Positions 10,639-20,485 of a stretch of 64,000 bases of DNA are shown here, one piece after another. Below the pieces are notes generated by a model. It worked only from the letters and a program-made list of their open reading frames with translations, was not told the origin of the DNA and did not search any database. Position 1 is the first letter of the stretch. Each line of letters starts with the position of its first letter. The stretch is from an uncultured Methanolobus sp. Its GTDB lineage: Archaea; Halobacteriota; Methanosarcinia; Methanosarcinales; Methanosarcinaceae. The position numbers and the translations under genes are program-made. The stretch is taken from positions 2,752,001-2,816,000 of the forward strand of contig OY776215.1 of assembly GCA_963675495.1 (NCBI GenBank), read 5' to 3'.

Positions 10639-12468
10639 ATGAATGAAAATAAACTGAAGGGATTTGCGGAGAAAACCGCATTCCTTTTAATATTTAGTGC
10701 CTGCATCCTGGTGGGAATGGGAGCGGCAGCTGCAACGGCTACCGTAGCAGTTGATGATTCATTTGCACAGGCTCTATCTCCTGGGGATACATTCGACGTG
10801 ATTGTGACCCTTGATTCTGATGGAGTCATCGTGTCAACATTGGGTGTTGAACTCAACTACGATCCAGCTGCACTTCAGGTTAACGATATAACCCAGAACG
10901 GTTTATTCGGTGCCACTGTAAATGCGGATTATTTGTTGGATGCAAACAATGGTGACGATGGCGCAGGAACCATATACTATGCAGTTTCAGGAACAACTGC
11001 AGAAGCAAAGAATGGTGATTTTATCACTGTTGAGTTCGAGGTTCTGCCAGCCATTCCTGATGGGGCTTATCCTCTGGAACTTGGCATGGTGGAATTGCTC
11101 CTCGGCGCAACTGATGTCCCTGCAGATGCCATTGATGGTGTCGCTACAGTCGGAACTGTTGTTGTAGTTAATGGAAATCCTGAAGTATCAGTATTTCCAG
11201 CAACTATCTATGCAAACCCTGGTGACATATTTAACGCAAAAGTTCAACTGGATTCTGACGGTGAAGATGTTTCCACAATGGAAGTAGAACTCACTTACGA
11301 TCCAACAGTTCTTGATGTACTTGGAATTACCCAGAATGGGCTTTTCGGTGCTGTTGAGAACGTGGACTATGTAGTAGTTCCAGGTAATGGTGATGATGGA
11401 GCAGGTACGATAATGTACGGACTTGCTGGCACTGTTGCAGAACCAAAAGATGGAGATTTCATTACTATTGAATTCGAAGTCATAGGAACTGCAGCTGATG
11501 GAAGCTATCCATTGGACCTTATGGATGTAGAACTGCTGAATGGAGCAGATGAGGTCGATGGTGTCGTCGTCAATGACGGGTCTGTTGAAGTCACAAATGT
11601 TCCAAACATTGTTCCGATACCGGATATAACGTCTCACACAGATGGGGAAACAGTTTCACATGTAGAGATTGTTGAAGCTGTTGATAGTTCCACTGAAAAT
11701 GATGTCATGAGCACTACCTTTGAGATCTTTGCAGATCTTGATGCTGATTGCCTGGCTGATGATGTTGGTGAGGAATGGGCCGAGATCGGAACTGATGTTG
11801 ATGGCACAGATGGATGGAAAGCTGTACTTGATACAACAACCGTGCCTGATGGAAAGTATCTCATAAAGGCTACTATGGATGATGGAAGGGACATTGCATT
11901 TGACATTATATGTGTCAATGTGTACAACCCAGAAGGAATCCTGCTGCAGCCTGGATGGAACTTCATATCAGTGCCAGAAACACTGGAGCAGCCACTTGTT
12001 GCCGATGTACTTCGTGACTTTACCATTGCGGAGATCGACTCAGTATTCTACGATGATCTCTCAACCGGTACAAATGTAATGGACATTCCAACAGAATTTG
12101 AACCTCTGAAGGGATACTGGGTACACAGCAGCATGACTGAAGACGTTGTAATTGACGAAAGCTATCTACAGAAGTCAACTACAATGCCAGCAACACCAGC
12201 ATCACTCCAACTCTATCCGGGCTGGAATGCTATTGGACACACAGCACTTGATGAACAGCCAGCAGAGGTTGCCTTGCTGGCAATTGACGGTTGTTATGTC
12301 AAGATACAGGGACCATGGGTTCCTTCTGCCAATGAATATGCATACATTGGCCTTAACACAGAAGATGGATCTGAACTTACCGGTAATCTTGTAACAACCG
12401 GTGATTTCAAACTTGATTCATATGAAGGATTCTATGTCTTTGTTCAGGAGGAGTGCCTGCTAGGTTAA
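10639..12468 (+). CDS. Secreted protein with two cohesin-like domains, an Ig-like domain and C-terminal PGWN repeats
   Basis: Start moved to ATG 10639 (RBS AAGGTGA). Signal peptide; two repeats PGDxFxxxxxLD…ELxYDP…GDFITxEFEV; LQPGWNFISVP and LYPGWNAIG repeats. Confidence 0.8.
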   Translation: MNENKLKGFAEKTAFLLIFSACILVGMGAAAATATVAVDDSFAQALSPGDTFDVIVTLDSDGVIVSTLGVELNYDPAALQVNDITQNGLFGATVNADYLLDANNGDDGAGTIYYAVSGTTAEAKNGDFITVEFEVLPAIPDGAYPLELGMVELLLGATDVPADAIDGVATVGTVVVVNGNPEVSVFPATIYANPGDIFNAKVQLDSDGEDVSTMEVELTYDPTVLDVLGITQNGLFGAVENVDYVVVPGNGDDGAGTIMYGLAGTVAEPKDGDFITIEFEVIGTAADGSYPLDLMDVELLNGADEVDGVVVNDGSVEVTNVPNIVPIPDITSHTDGETVSHVEIVEAVDSSTENDVMSTTFEIFADLDADCLADDVGEEWAEIGTDVDGTDGWKAVLDTTTVPDGKYLIKATMDDGRDIAFDIICVNVYNPEGILLQPGWNFISVPETLEQPLVADVLRDFTIAEIDSVFYDDLSTGTNVMDIPTEFEPLKGYWVHSSMTEDVVIDESYLQKSTTMPATPASLQLYPGWNAIGHTALDEQPAEVALLAIDGCYVKIQGPWVPSANEYAYIGLNTEDGSELTGNLVTTGDFKLDSYEGFYVFVQEECLLG

Positions 12469-12479
12469 GAAAAGAATTG

Positions 12480-12510
12480 AAAGTGAGGTATATGCATATC
12501 TCACTTTTTT
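12480..12510 (+). terminator. Hairpin plus T-tract after the dockerin-cohesin gene pair
   Basis: AAAGTGAG…CTCACTTT stem running into a T-tract, just after the stop at 12468. Confidence 0.55.
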
Positions 12511-12527
12511 ATTTCATAGGTGGTAAC

Positions 12528-13178
12528 ATGAATAAAAATCGAATCTTTGCTTTATCAATTCAAATTCTTATATTTTGTATGTTATTAGTAAATCAGGCTT
12601 CCGCAAATCCTCCCATAGTACTGGAAGGGAGTGTTTTGATCGATGGGGCTCCTGCTCCGGTGGGAACAGAGATCAAAGCCATGTGTGAAGGCAGTGTGGT
12701 TGGTACTACTACTGTTGATAATGAAGGTCTTTACAGTGATACAAGGGATAACAGACTTGGTATTTCTTCTGAGTGTTCGACGGTTACATTGCTTGTTAAT
12801 GGCATAGAGGCCAAAGTTATAAATCTTGATGATATTGACGTTGGAGAAATAATGGTCGTTGATCTTCAGATTTCACCCAGCAGCAGCAGCAGTTCGTCAA
12901 CTGAAAAAACCACTAGTAGTGGCGGTGGTGGGGGTTATGTAGCACCACCAGTTGAAGAAGAGACAACCGATGAAATTGTTGATGATACTGAACAGCCAGT
13001 GGAAGAAATGGCTATGAGTAGCACAGACGATCCTGTTGAGGAACAGGAAACTGAATCTGAACCAGTGGAAGATGAGGAACTGGAGGAAGTACAAAGTGCT
13101 GATTTCCCAACAATGGTCGGTATAGGCTCTATGCTCATGGCATTCTGTGTGCTGATATACAGAAGAGCAAAAGATTGA
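12528..13178 (+). CDS. Secreted, C-terminally membrane-anchored surface protein
   Basis: ATG 12528 with RBS AGGTGG. Signal peptide, a small beta domain (IDGAPAPVGTEI), a Ser/Gly then acidic linker, and a C-terminal TM followed by RRAKD. Confidence 0.75.
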   Translation: MNKNRIFALSIQILIFCMLLVNQASANPPIVLEGSVLIDGAPAPVGTEIKAMCEGSVVGTTTVDNEGLYSDTRDNRLGISSECSTVTLLVNGIEAKVINLDDIDVGEIMVVDLQISPSSSSSSSTEKTTSSGGGGGYVAPPVEEETTDEIVDDTEQPVEEMAMSSTDDPVEEQETESEPVEDEELEEVQSADFPTMVGIGSMLMAFCVLIYRRAKD

Positions 13179-13294
13179 ATAGAATAACTTAAGTTGGCCA
13201 CGATGCCAACTTTTTTTTCAATTTTAGATATTGAAACCTTAAATTCACCTCAAAAACATATAATAAAATGGTAATAATTGGGTAATATTTTGTA

Positions 13295-13534
13295 GTGGAT
13301 GTGGTTATCATAAGACGAAGCAGAACGGCCATAAGTGTGGAAATATTAAGAGCTGCATTAGAAGGGGCAAAAAAAACACACATTGTGTACCGTGCAAATT
13401 TGAACTTTGAAGTTGTGAATAGATACCTGTCCCTGTTAAAAGAAAAGGGCCTGATCGAACAAAAAGGAAATCTTTATGTCACGACCGATAAAGGTAATGA
13501 GTTTCAAGAGGTTGCTAAGGAACTAGGTTTGTGA
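13295..13534 (+). CDS. Small winged-helix DNA-binding protein
   Basis: RRSRTAI…KKTHIVYRANLNF…YLSLL…YVTTDKG is typical of the small archaeal wHTH family. Confidence 0.85.
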   Translation: MDVVIIRRSRTAISVEILRAALEGAKKTHIVYRANLNFEVVNRYLSLLKEKGLIEQKGNLYVTTDKGNEFQEVAKELGL

Positions 13535-13708
13535 ATCGATTGAATTTCTTGTAACCTACTATCTATTTTATATCTTTTGCAGGACGTTGGATTAGCATAT
13601 TATTTTTTGAATTTCAATAGGTTTTTAACCGATAACTCGTATAATAAAGCTGAATTTCATGAGTTTTGAATTTCATGGATTTTGATTACCAAAAAAGGAG
13701 GCCATATT

Positions 13709-14455
13709 GTGCTGGAGATAAATAATCTAACAGTTGAAATAGGTGGCCGAAGGATACTGAAAGGCGTTGACCTTAATGTTGAAGCCGGTTACACTAATGT
13801 TCTTTTTGGACCGAACGGAGCAGGCAAATCCGCACTTCTTATGACGCTGATGGGCTTCAGTGGTTATAATGTCGTAGAAGGAGAGATAATTTTCAAAGGA
13901 GAGGATATTACAAATATGTCTGTCTTTGAAAGGGCTCAGATGGGCATGGGTATCATGACACAAAGGCCTCCTAATATGAGTGGTGTAAAACTCCATGATC
14001 TTCTGAATGTCATTTCAAAAGAACCGATGGATACAGAGAGTCTTGCTGAAACATTGGACATGGTTCGGTTCTTTGAAAGGGACGTAAATGTAGGATTCTC
14101 AGGAGGAGAGATCAAAAGATCAGAGCTTCTCCAGCTTTCTGCACAGAATCCGGATTTTGTCCTTCTTGACGAACCGGAATCAGGCGTGGATCTCGTGAGC
14201 ATTGAGCAGCTTGGTCACACCATAAAAGAACTCTTAAAGAAAGACTGCAAATGTGCTGGTGATAGATGCAAACATGGAAAATCTGCACTGGTGATCACAC
14301 ATACAGGGCAGGTTCTTGATTACATTGAAGCGGACAGAGGATATATCCTATGCAATGGAACGGTCATGTGCTCAGGAAATCCACGTGAAATGCTGACAGA
14401 GATCAAGCAACAGGGATATGAGGAGTGTATCAAATGCAAGCTGATGAAGATATGA
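13709..14455 (+). CDS. sufC: Fe-S cluster assembly ATPase SufC/SmsC
   Basis: Walker A GPNGAGKS, signature GFSGGEIKRSE, Walker B LLDEPESGVD and a C-terminal CIKC. GTG start follows GGAGG. Confidence 0.92.
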   Translation: MLEINNLTVEIGGRRILKGVDLNVEAGYTNVLFGPNGAGKSALLMTLMGFSGYNVVEGEIIFKGEDITNMSVFERAQMGMGIMTQRPPNMSGVKLHDLLNVISKEPMDTESLAETLDMVRFFERDVNVGFSGGEIKRSELLQLSAQNPDFVLLDEPESGVDLVSIEQLGHTIKELLKKDCKCAGDRCKHGKSALVITHTGQVLDYIEADRGYILCNGTVMCSGNPREMLTEIKQQGYEECIKCKLMKI

Positions 14456-15657
14456 GAAGGAAAGCAGAGAACGCACTCAAGAAGAAAGCTGCCTATGGAG
14501 AGGATTTCGATCTTGATGAATATGGGATTGCATCAGAAAATGCTGAAAAGACCGATGATCTCGAAGAACTCAGTGAAGAGGACCAGAGAACACTCCTGAA
14601 TGTGGGATTCACACCTTCTGAAGATAACAGGTCAGGTAGTCTCATTATGCTTGACAATACAGTGACACATACATCCCTACGTAATGAGGATGTTGTAGAA
14701 TTGATGTCCCTTAAGGATGCAATGAAGACTCATGAATGGGTTGAGGATTATGTTTGGAAGCTTGTTAAGCCGGATGCAGACAAATATACTGCAATGAGCT
14801 ATCTTCAGGAAGCAAACGGATATTTCATAAGAGCTCCAGAAGGTAAAAAATCAAAGATGCCAGTCCAGACATGCTTACTTTTGGGCTCAAAGCAGGTTTC
14901 CCAGACAGTTCATAATATAGTCATCGTTGAGGAAGGAGCAGAGCTTGATGTTATTACTGGATGCTCTACAAAACATGGAGTCGACAAAGGTCTTCACCTT
15001 GGAATTTCAGAGATGTATGTTAAAAAGGGAGCAACCCTTAATTTCACTATGATCCACAATTGGGCAGAGCAAATTGGTGTCAGACCAAGGACTGTTGTTC
15101 ATGTGGAAGAAGGCGGTACGTACATCAGTAATTATATCACTCTTAAACCTGTCAGATCCGTACAGGCTTACCCAACAGTAATTCTTGAGGGCAAGGGTGC
15201 ATTTGCAAGATTGAATACAATAGCTGTGGCACATCCGGGTTCCGAGCTTGATCTTGGAAGCAAGGTTATCTTTGAAGCAGAGGATACAAAAGCTGAACTT
15301 ATATCTAGGACGATCACCACAGGAGGCGATGCAATTGCCCGGGGTGAGATGATAGGTAATGCAAACAATGCCAAAGGACATCTTGAATGTCATGGTCTCG
15401 TGCTTGGCGGTGGAATGCAAAGAGCTATTCCTATACTTGAAGCAAATGTTGAAGATATCGAATTGTCTCATGAGGCTGCTGTTGGCAGGATAGCACGAGA
15501 GCAGATAGAGTATCTTATGGCAAGAGGCCTTACAGAGGAAGAATCCGTGGGTATGATAGTAAGGGGCTTCCTTGATGTTGGCATCCAGGGTATTCCAGAT
15601 GAGCTAAAAGCTGATATCGATGCAACAATAGCGAAGATCGGAGAGAATGCAATTTGA
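14434..15657 (+). CDS. sufB: Fe-S cluster scaffold SufB/SmsB
   Basis: GHLECHGL, LSHEAAVGRIA and YLMARGL motifs; overlaps sufC. Confidence 0.92.
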   Translation: MQADEDMRRKAENALKKKAAYGEDFDLDEYGIASENAEKTDDLEELSEEDQRTLLNVGFTPSEDNRSGSLIMLDNTVTHTSLRNEDVVELMSLKDAMKTHEWVEDYVWKLVKPDADKYTAMSYLQEANGYFIRAPEGKKSKMPVQTCLLLGSKQVSQTVHNIVIVEEGAELDVITGCSTKHGVDKGLHLGISEMYVKKGATLNFTMIHNWAEQIGVRPRTVVHVEEGGTYISNYITLKPVRSVQAYPTVILEGKGAFARLNTIAVAHPGSELDLGSKVIFEAEDTKAELISRTITTGGDAIARGEMIGNANNAKGHLECHGLVLGGGMQRAIPILEANVEDIELSHEAAVGRIAREQIEYLMARGLTEEESVGMIVRGFLDVGIQGIPDELKADIDATIAKIGENAI

Positions 15658-15701
15658 TATTTCTCTCATTTTTACATTAATTAATTATCTGAGGAGAATG
15701 A

Positions 15702-16556
15702 ATGAATCAAAAATATGTGGCTATTTTTCTCGCTGCTATAATGGTAATGTCAATATTACCATTTTTTTTCAGCGGCAATTCGAACGATTCCAATGGGAAT
15801 GAAGAAGTTACAGACCTGGAGGATGCACCGGGTTTTGAGATTATTGACGGTACTCATTTTAATGCAGAAATAAACTCGATATCTGATGGGCTTGCAATCA
15901 CTCCAGAAGGTGTGTCAAATGCAGCATATATTGATTACTCAAAAGTATACGGCACTCCGCTTCAGGCCTTTGCTCCCAATATCACAGATCTTTATTCAAT
16001 ATATAATACTCTGATTATCAAAAGGTACTCTGCCTATAACGCCGAGGGGTTTGCATTTGAAGCACATGCACTTTCACCAGAGGTCGTCAATTTCCAGTAT
16101 ATAGGAGCAGGAACTTATAATGGATATCAACTTCTTTCAAGAGGTGGAGAACTTTTTAATGTGATTGGCACTCCTACTCTATTAGGTACTTCCAGTAGTC
16201 TTGAATCTGTTATCAATGTCTCATCAGGCATGTCCGATTCTTCTACAGAATATGATGAAATACTTGGATATGTGGTACCAGGGGCTGAATATCAGATGCT
16301 GAGCTCTGATGATCTCATTGCTGAGCAACATTATCTGGAATTCAGAAACATGGAAGATGGAAATTACACAAAGACGGAGATATTCCTGAATCCATTGGAA
16401 GGCACGATCAATACAATCGCAGGCTTTGAAGCCAACAGTACTGAAAGGGGTCTGGTATATAATACGACTATTGAGGATGACGGAAGGATCTTAACAGTTG
16501 TTGTTATGAGCAATGAATCAAATTTCTTTAATCTTGCAATAGAACAATACTGGTGA
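15702..16556 (+). CDS. Hypothetical N-terminally anchored or secreted protein
   Basis: 284-aa ORF with RBS GAGGAG, an N-terminal hydrophobic helix and an acidic body. Confidence 0.75.
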   Translation: MNQKYVAIFLAAIMVMSILPFFFSGNSNDSNGNEEVTDLEDAPGFEIIDGTHFNAEINSISDGLAITPEGVSNAAYIDYSKVYGTPLQAFAPNITDLYSIYNTLIIKRYSAYNAEGFAFEAHALSPEVVNFQYIGAGTYNGYQLLSRGGELFNVIGTPTLLGTSSSLESVINVSSGMSDSSTEYDEILGYVVPGAEYQMLSSDDLIAEQHYLEFRNMEDGNYTKTEIFLNPLEGTINTIAGFEANSTERGLVYNTTIEDDGRILTVVVMSNESNFFNLAIEQYW

Positions 16557-16831
16557 TATTGTATCGCCATTTTCTCTTTTTTTTTGTTTATTTTTCTGCC
16601 ACAAGCTTTATACCTGAACAAGTTATTAATTGACTCCAATTGCGCATTCAGCAGATTATTATTTGTCCGGATGTAGTAATTCAAAGCCAATATTTGGCAT
16701 TGAACTTTGTGTCAGTTAATTATTGATAATATTATTGCAATCATAATTGGCCAAATTAACCGGGATTACCGGCATACAATGAATAATGAAAAACCATAGT
16801 ATATAATTGTGGTTTCGAAGGAGAATATAAT

Positions 16832-17188
16832 ATGGCAGCTAAATTTGATGTTCCAGAAGAACTTGTAATTAAAGCACTTGAGAGTGTAGAACTGGCGAGA
16901 GACACAGGTAAATTAAAAAAAGGCATAAATGAAGTGACAAAAGCTATCGAGAGAGGCATCACAAAGCTTGCAGTAATTGCAGAAGATGTTGATCCTGCTG
17001 AAGTTATTGCACACATTGCACCACTCTGTGAAGAGAAGAATGCTGCTTATATCTATGTTAAAGAGCAGAAAGAGCTCGGTGCTGCCTGTGGAATAGGTGT
17101 TGCTTGCTCCGCTGTCGCTATTATCGACGCTGGCAAGGGCGGCGAACTTGTTGAAGACATTGCACAGAAAGTAAGTGCGCTTAAATAA
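16832..17188 (+). CDS. rpl7ae: 50S ribosomal protein L7Ae
   Basis: [14 protein letters not shown]…IAEDVDP motif. Confidence 0.98.
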   Translation: MAAKFDVPEELVIKALESVELARDTGKLKKGINEVTKAIERGITKLAVIAEDVDPAEVIAHIAPLCEEKNAAYIYVKEQKELGAACGIGVACSAVAIIDAGKGGELVEDIAQKVSALK

Positions 17189-17210
17189 TTCTGATACGTG
17201 AGGTATCGCT

Positions 17211-17426
17211 ATGGCAGATGAAGATACAGGCTATGCGGCTGAAGTCATCGATGTTATCGGGAATACCGGTATGCATGGTGAAGCCAGCCAGATCCAGTGC
17301 CGTGTGCTTGAAGGCCGTGATAAGGGCCGTATAATCACCCGAAATTGTGTTGGTCCTGTAAGGATCGGTGACATTATGATGTTAATCGAGACTTCCAGAG
17401 AGGCTAAAAAACTGACTACCAGATGA
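17211..17426 (+). CDS. rps28e: 30S ribosomal protein S28e
   Basis: [17 protein letters not shown]…[11 protein letters not shown]. Confidence 0.97.
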   Translation: MADEDTGYAAEVIDVIGNTGMHGEASQIQCRVLEGRDKGRIITRNCVGPVRIGDIMMLIETSREAKKLTTR

Positions 17427-17436
17427 GGTGACTACA

Positions 17437-17625
17437 ATGGAACAAAGAAAATGTTCTTTTTGCGGTGAATTTCTTGAACCAGGAACCGGTAAGCTCTTCG
17501 TAAAGAAGGATGGCTCTTCCTATTACTTCTGTTCATCCAAATGCGAAAGCAACTTCGAGCTTGGAAGGTTACCAAGACGTACAGTCTGGACCGAACAGGG
17601 CAGAATTTACTTGAAGAAAGCATAA
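17437..17625 (+). CDS. rpl24e: 50S ribosomal protein L24e
   Basis: CSFCG…PGTG…FCSSKC zinc motif. Confidence 0.97.
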   Translation: MEQRKCSFCGEFLEPGTGKLFVKKDGSSYYFCSSKCESNFELGRLPRRTVWTEQGRIYLKKA

Positions 17626-17638
17626 TTGGGTGTTCTAA

Positions 17639-18088
17639 ATGGAACAAACATACATTATGATCAAACCTGATGCAGTACAGCGTGGACTGATGGGTGAGAT
17701 CATATCAAGGATAGAGAACCGTGGTCTTAAGATCGCAGCTATGAGACTGGGTGTCATGAGTGAAGAGAGTGCAAAGGAGCACTACAAGGAGCATGCTGAA
17801 AGGCCCTTCTTTGTTTCACTTATAGAATATGTGACATCAGGTCCTTCTGTTTCCATGGTGGTGGAAGGAAAGAATTCCATTGCTATCATGCGTGCAGTGA
17901 ACGGTGCAACAAATCCTGTTGATGCACTCCCAGGTACAATAAGGGGAGACCTTGCAATTGAAACAGGCAGAAATGTAGTACATGCTTCTGATTCGACAGA
18001 ATCCGCACAGCGTGAGATAGCTATTCACTTCAAGGATTCAGAGATAGTTAACTATTCAAAGATCGATGAGGTCTGTCTATACGAGTAA
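17639..18088 (+). CDS. ndk: Nucleoside diphosphate kinase
   Basis: IKPDAVQRGL, PGTIRGD and RNVVHASDS motifs. Confidence 0.98.
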   Translation: MEQTYIMIKPDAVQRGLMGEIISRIENRGLKIAAMRLGVMSEESAKEHYKEHAERPFFVSLIEYVTSGPSVSMVVEGKNSIAIMRAVNGATNPVDALPGTIRGDLAIETGRNVVHASDSTESAQREIAIHFKDSEIVNYSKIDEVCLYE

Positions 18089-18192
18089 GTATGGACAGTC
18101 GGGATGTTTGCAATTATAATGCAAATATCCTGAAGTATCCTTTACTGTAAATTATTTTCCAATCATCCAAATATCTTTGAAGGGGCTTGTTC

Positions 18193-19971
18193 ATGGTTGT
18201 AAATGAAGATCTACGTACACCAATAGTTTCTGTGATGGGACATGTCGATCACGGAAAAACGACTTTGCTTGATATAATCAGGGGAAGTGCCGTTGCCGAA
18301 GGAGAGGCAGGTGCCATTACTCAGCACATAGGTGCAACTGAGGTTCCTATTGATAATATTGTTAACAAATGCGGGGATCCATCACTTAAGGAGAGGTTCA
18401 TCGTCCCGGGGCTTTTGTTCATTGACACGCCCGGGCACCATGCATTCACTTCCCTGAGAAGTAGGGGAGGAGCGCTTGCAGACCTCGCTATTGTGATTGT
18501 CGATATTAATGAGGGATTTATGCCTCAGACGATCGAAAGTCTTCACATACTTAAGAGATTCAAGACTCCTTTTGTAGTTGTTGCAAATAAGATTGACAGG
18601 ATACATGGTTGGGAACCCAATAAGAATACACCTTTCCTTACTACATACAACAAGCAGAGTGAACGTGTAAAGACTGATCTTGACAACAAATTCTATGAAA
18701 TTGTTGGTGAGTTGTACAATCTTGGGTTCAATTCTGAACGATATGACCGGGTAAATGATTTCCAGCGTAACATCGGAGTCATTCCGATAAGTGCAGTAAC
18801 TGGCGAAGGTATTGCTGATGTGCTCATGATCCTTCTCGGACTTGCCCAGAAATTCCTCGAGGGAAGCCTGCATTATAATGCAAAGAGCCCTGGAATTGGA
18901 ACAGTCCTTGAAGTAAAAGAAGAGAAAGGTCTTGGAACAACTATTGATACTATACTTTATGATGGAATCATCAAAAAAGGTGATACTATAGTTGTAGGAA
19001 GCCTTGGCGACCCCATCCAGACAAAGATAAGGGCATTATTGAAACCACGTCCGCTTTCAGAGATCAAAGCTGAGGAAAAATTCAAGCAGGTGGCTGAAGT
19101 CACAGCTGCGGTTGGAGTTAAGATTTCAGCTCCGAACCTTGAAGGCGCACTTGCAGGAGCTCCTGTAAGGGTTGTGAACCTGGAAACCATCGAAGCTGTT
19201 ACCGCAGAAGTAAAAAGCGAAATAGCAGATGTCCAGATTGATACTGACTCTGTTGGTGTCACAATAAAAGCTGATACCATAGGTTCTCTTGAAGCTCTTG
19301 TAAACGAGCTCAAGAAAGAAGAGATCCCTATAAGAAAAGCACATGTAGGTGACGTCAGCAACAGGGATATCGTGGAAGTTTCAGCAATTGAAGATCCATT
19401 CTATTCGGTAATTATCGGATTCAACGTAAAGGTTCTTCCTGATGCAAAAGAGAAGCTCCAGACTACTTCGGAAGTAACACTTTTCAGGAACGATGTGATA
19501 TATCGCTTGATAGATGATTACAAAGACTGGGTCAAGAAGCAAAAGGAACTTGCGGAAAAAGAGATCTCCGATACCATCACCAAACCCGGACGGTTCCAGA
19601 TAATGCCAGATTGTATATTCCGTCAAAGCAAACCCGCTGTGGTTGGTGTTAAGATCGTTAGCGGAACTGTTAAGACGAACGTAGATGTGGTTAACACAAA
19701 CGGTGAAGTCATTGGTAAGGTCAAAGGTCTTCAGCTAAGGGGAGAGAACATTTCCGTGGCTAAGATCGGTATGGAAGTTGCAATGGCTCTTGAAGGACCG
19801 ACGGTTGGAAGACAGATAAAGGAAGAGGATACGCTCTTTGTGAATGTCCCTGAAAGACACGCAAAGAAAATCGAACATGATATTTACGACTCAATGACTG
19901 CAGATGAATTAGAAGCACTGGATGCGTTTCTTGCAATTAAGAGAAGGGATAATCCTTTCTGGGCGAAATAA
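18193..19971 (+). CDS. infB: Translation initiation factor IF-2 (aIF5B)
   Basis: GHVDHGKT, DTPGH and NKID GTPase motifs; KADTIGSLEAL. Confidence 0.97.
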   Translation: MVVNEDLRTPIVSVMGHVDHGKTTLLDIIRGSAVAEGEAGAITQHIGATEVPIDNIVNKCGDPSLKERFIVPGLLFIDTPGHHAFTSLRSRGGALADLAIVIVDINEGFMPQTIESLHILKRFKTPFVVVANKIDRIHGWEPNKNTPFLTTYNKQSERVKTDLDNKFYEIVGELYNLGFNSERYDRVNDFQRNIGVIPISAVTGEGIADVLMILLGLAQKFLEGSLHYNAKSPGIGTVLEVKEEKGLGTTIDTILYDGIIKKGDTIVVGSLGDPIQTKIRALLKPRPLSEIKAEEKFKQVAEVTAAVGVKISAPNLEGALAGAPVRVVNLETIEAVTAEVKSEIADVQIDTDSVGVTIKADTIGSLEALVNELKKEEIPIRKAHVGDVSNRDIVEVSAIEDPFYSVIIGFNVKVLPDAKEKLQTTSEVTLFRNDVIYRLIDDYKDWVKKQKELAEKEISDTITKPGRFQIMPDCIFRQSKPAVVGVKIVSGTVKTNVDVVNTNGEVIGKVKGLQLRGENISVAKIGMEVAMALEGPTVGRQIKEEDTLFVNVPERHAKKIEHDIYDSMTADELEALDAFLAIKRRDNPFWAK

Positions 19972-20038
19972 TTCGAATGCATATTCATAAAGACAGATCA
20001 TAACAACAGGAACAATAAACTAATAAGGAGGAAAAAAT

Positions 20039-20458
20039 ATGGCAGATTTCAAAGTAGTGGTAGCAGATCCTAAGACAAAGTCATACCAATTCGATGTCAC
20101 AGGCGCTGAAGCTAATAAATTAGTTGGTAAATCTATTGGAGAGACCGTTGATGGAGCAATCACTGGTTTACCCGGATACACACTTAAGATTACCGGAGGA
20201 AGCGACAAGAGCGGAATGGTCATGAGACCGGACCTTCCTGGACCAAGTAGAAGGAAAGTACTCGTTGCAGAAGGAACTGGTTATTCACCAGTCGCAAAAG
20301 GTGTACGCCGCAGAAAGATGATGCGTGGAAAGGAAATTGCACCTGACATCATTCAGATCAACACAGTTGTTGTCGAATATGGTGACAAGACCATAGAGAA
20401 GATCCTTGGTGGCGACGAAGAGCCAGCTGAAGAAGTTGAAGCAGCAGCAGAAGAGTGA
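20039..20458 (+). CDS. rps6e: 30S ribosomal protein S6e
   Basis: [15 protein letters not shown] and RRRKMMRG motifs. Confidence 0.97.
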   Translation: MADFKVVVADPKTKSYQFDVTGAEANKLVGKSIGETVDGAITGLPGYTLKITGGSDKSGMVMRPDLPGPSRRKVLVAEGTGYSPVAKGVRRRKMMRGKEIAPDIIQINTVVVEYGDKTIEKILGGDEEPAEEVEAAAEE

Positions 20459-20485
20459 GTTTCTCACTCTCTGATGCATTTTTAC
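20452..20485. terminator. Hairpin between convergent rps6e and the ESCRT-like operon
   Basis: AGAGTGAG/CTCACTCT inverted repeat at 20452-20470, followed by T-tracts. Confidence 0.45.

Noticed and set aside
16560-16831. K-turn autoregulatory element or ncRNA in the rpl7ae leader
   Set aside because: I could not identify a convincing C/D-box or tandem GA motif by eye.
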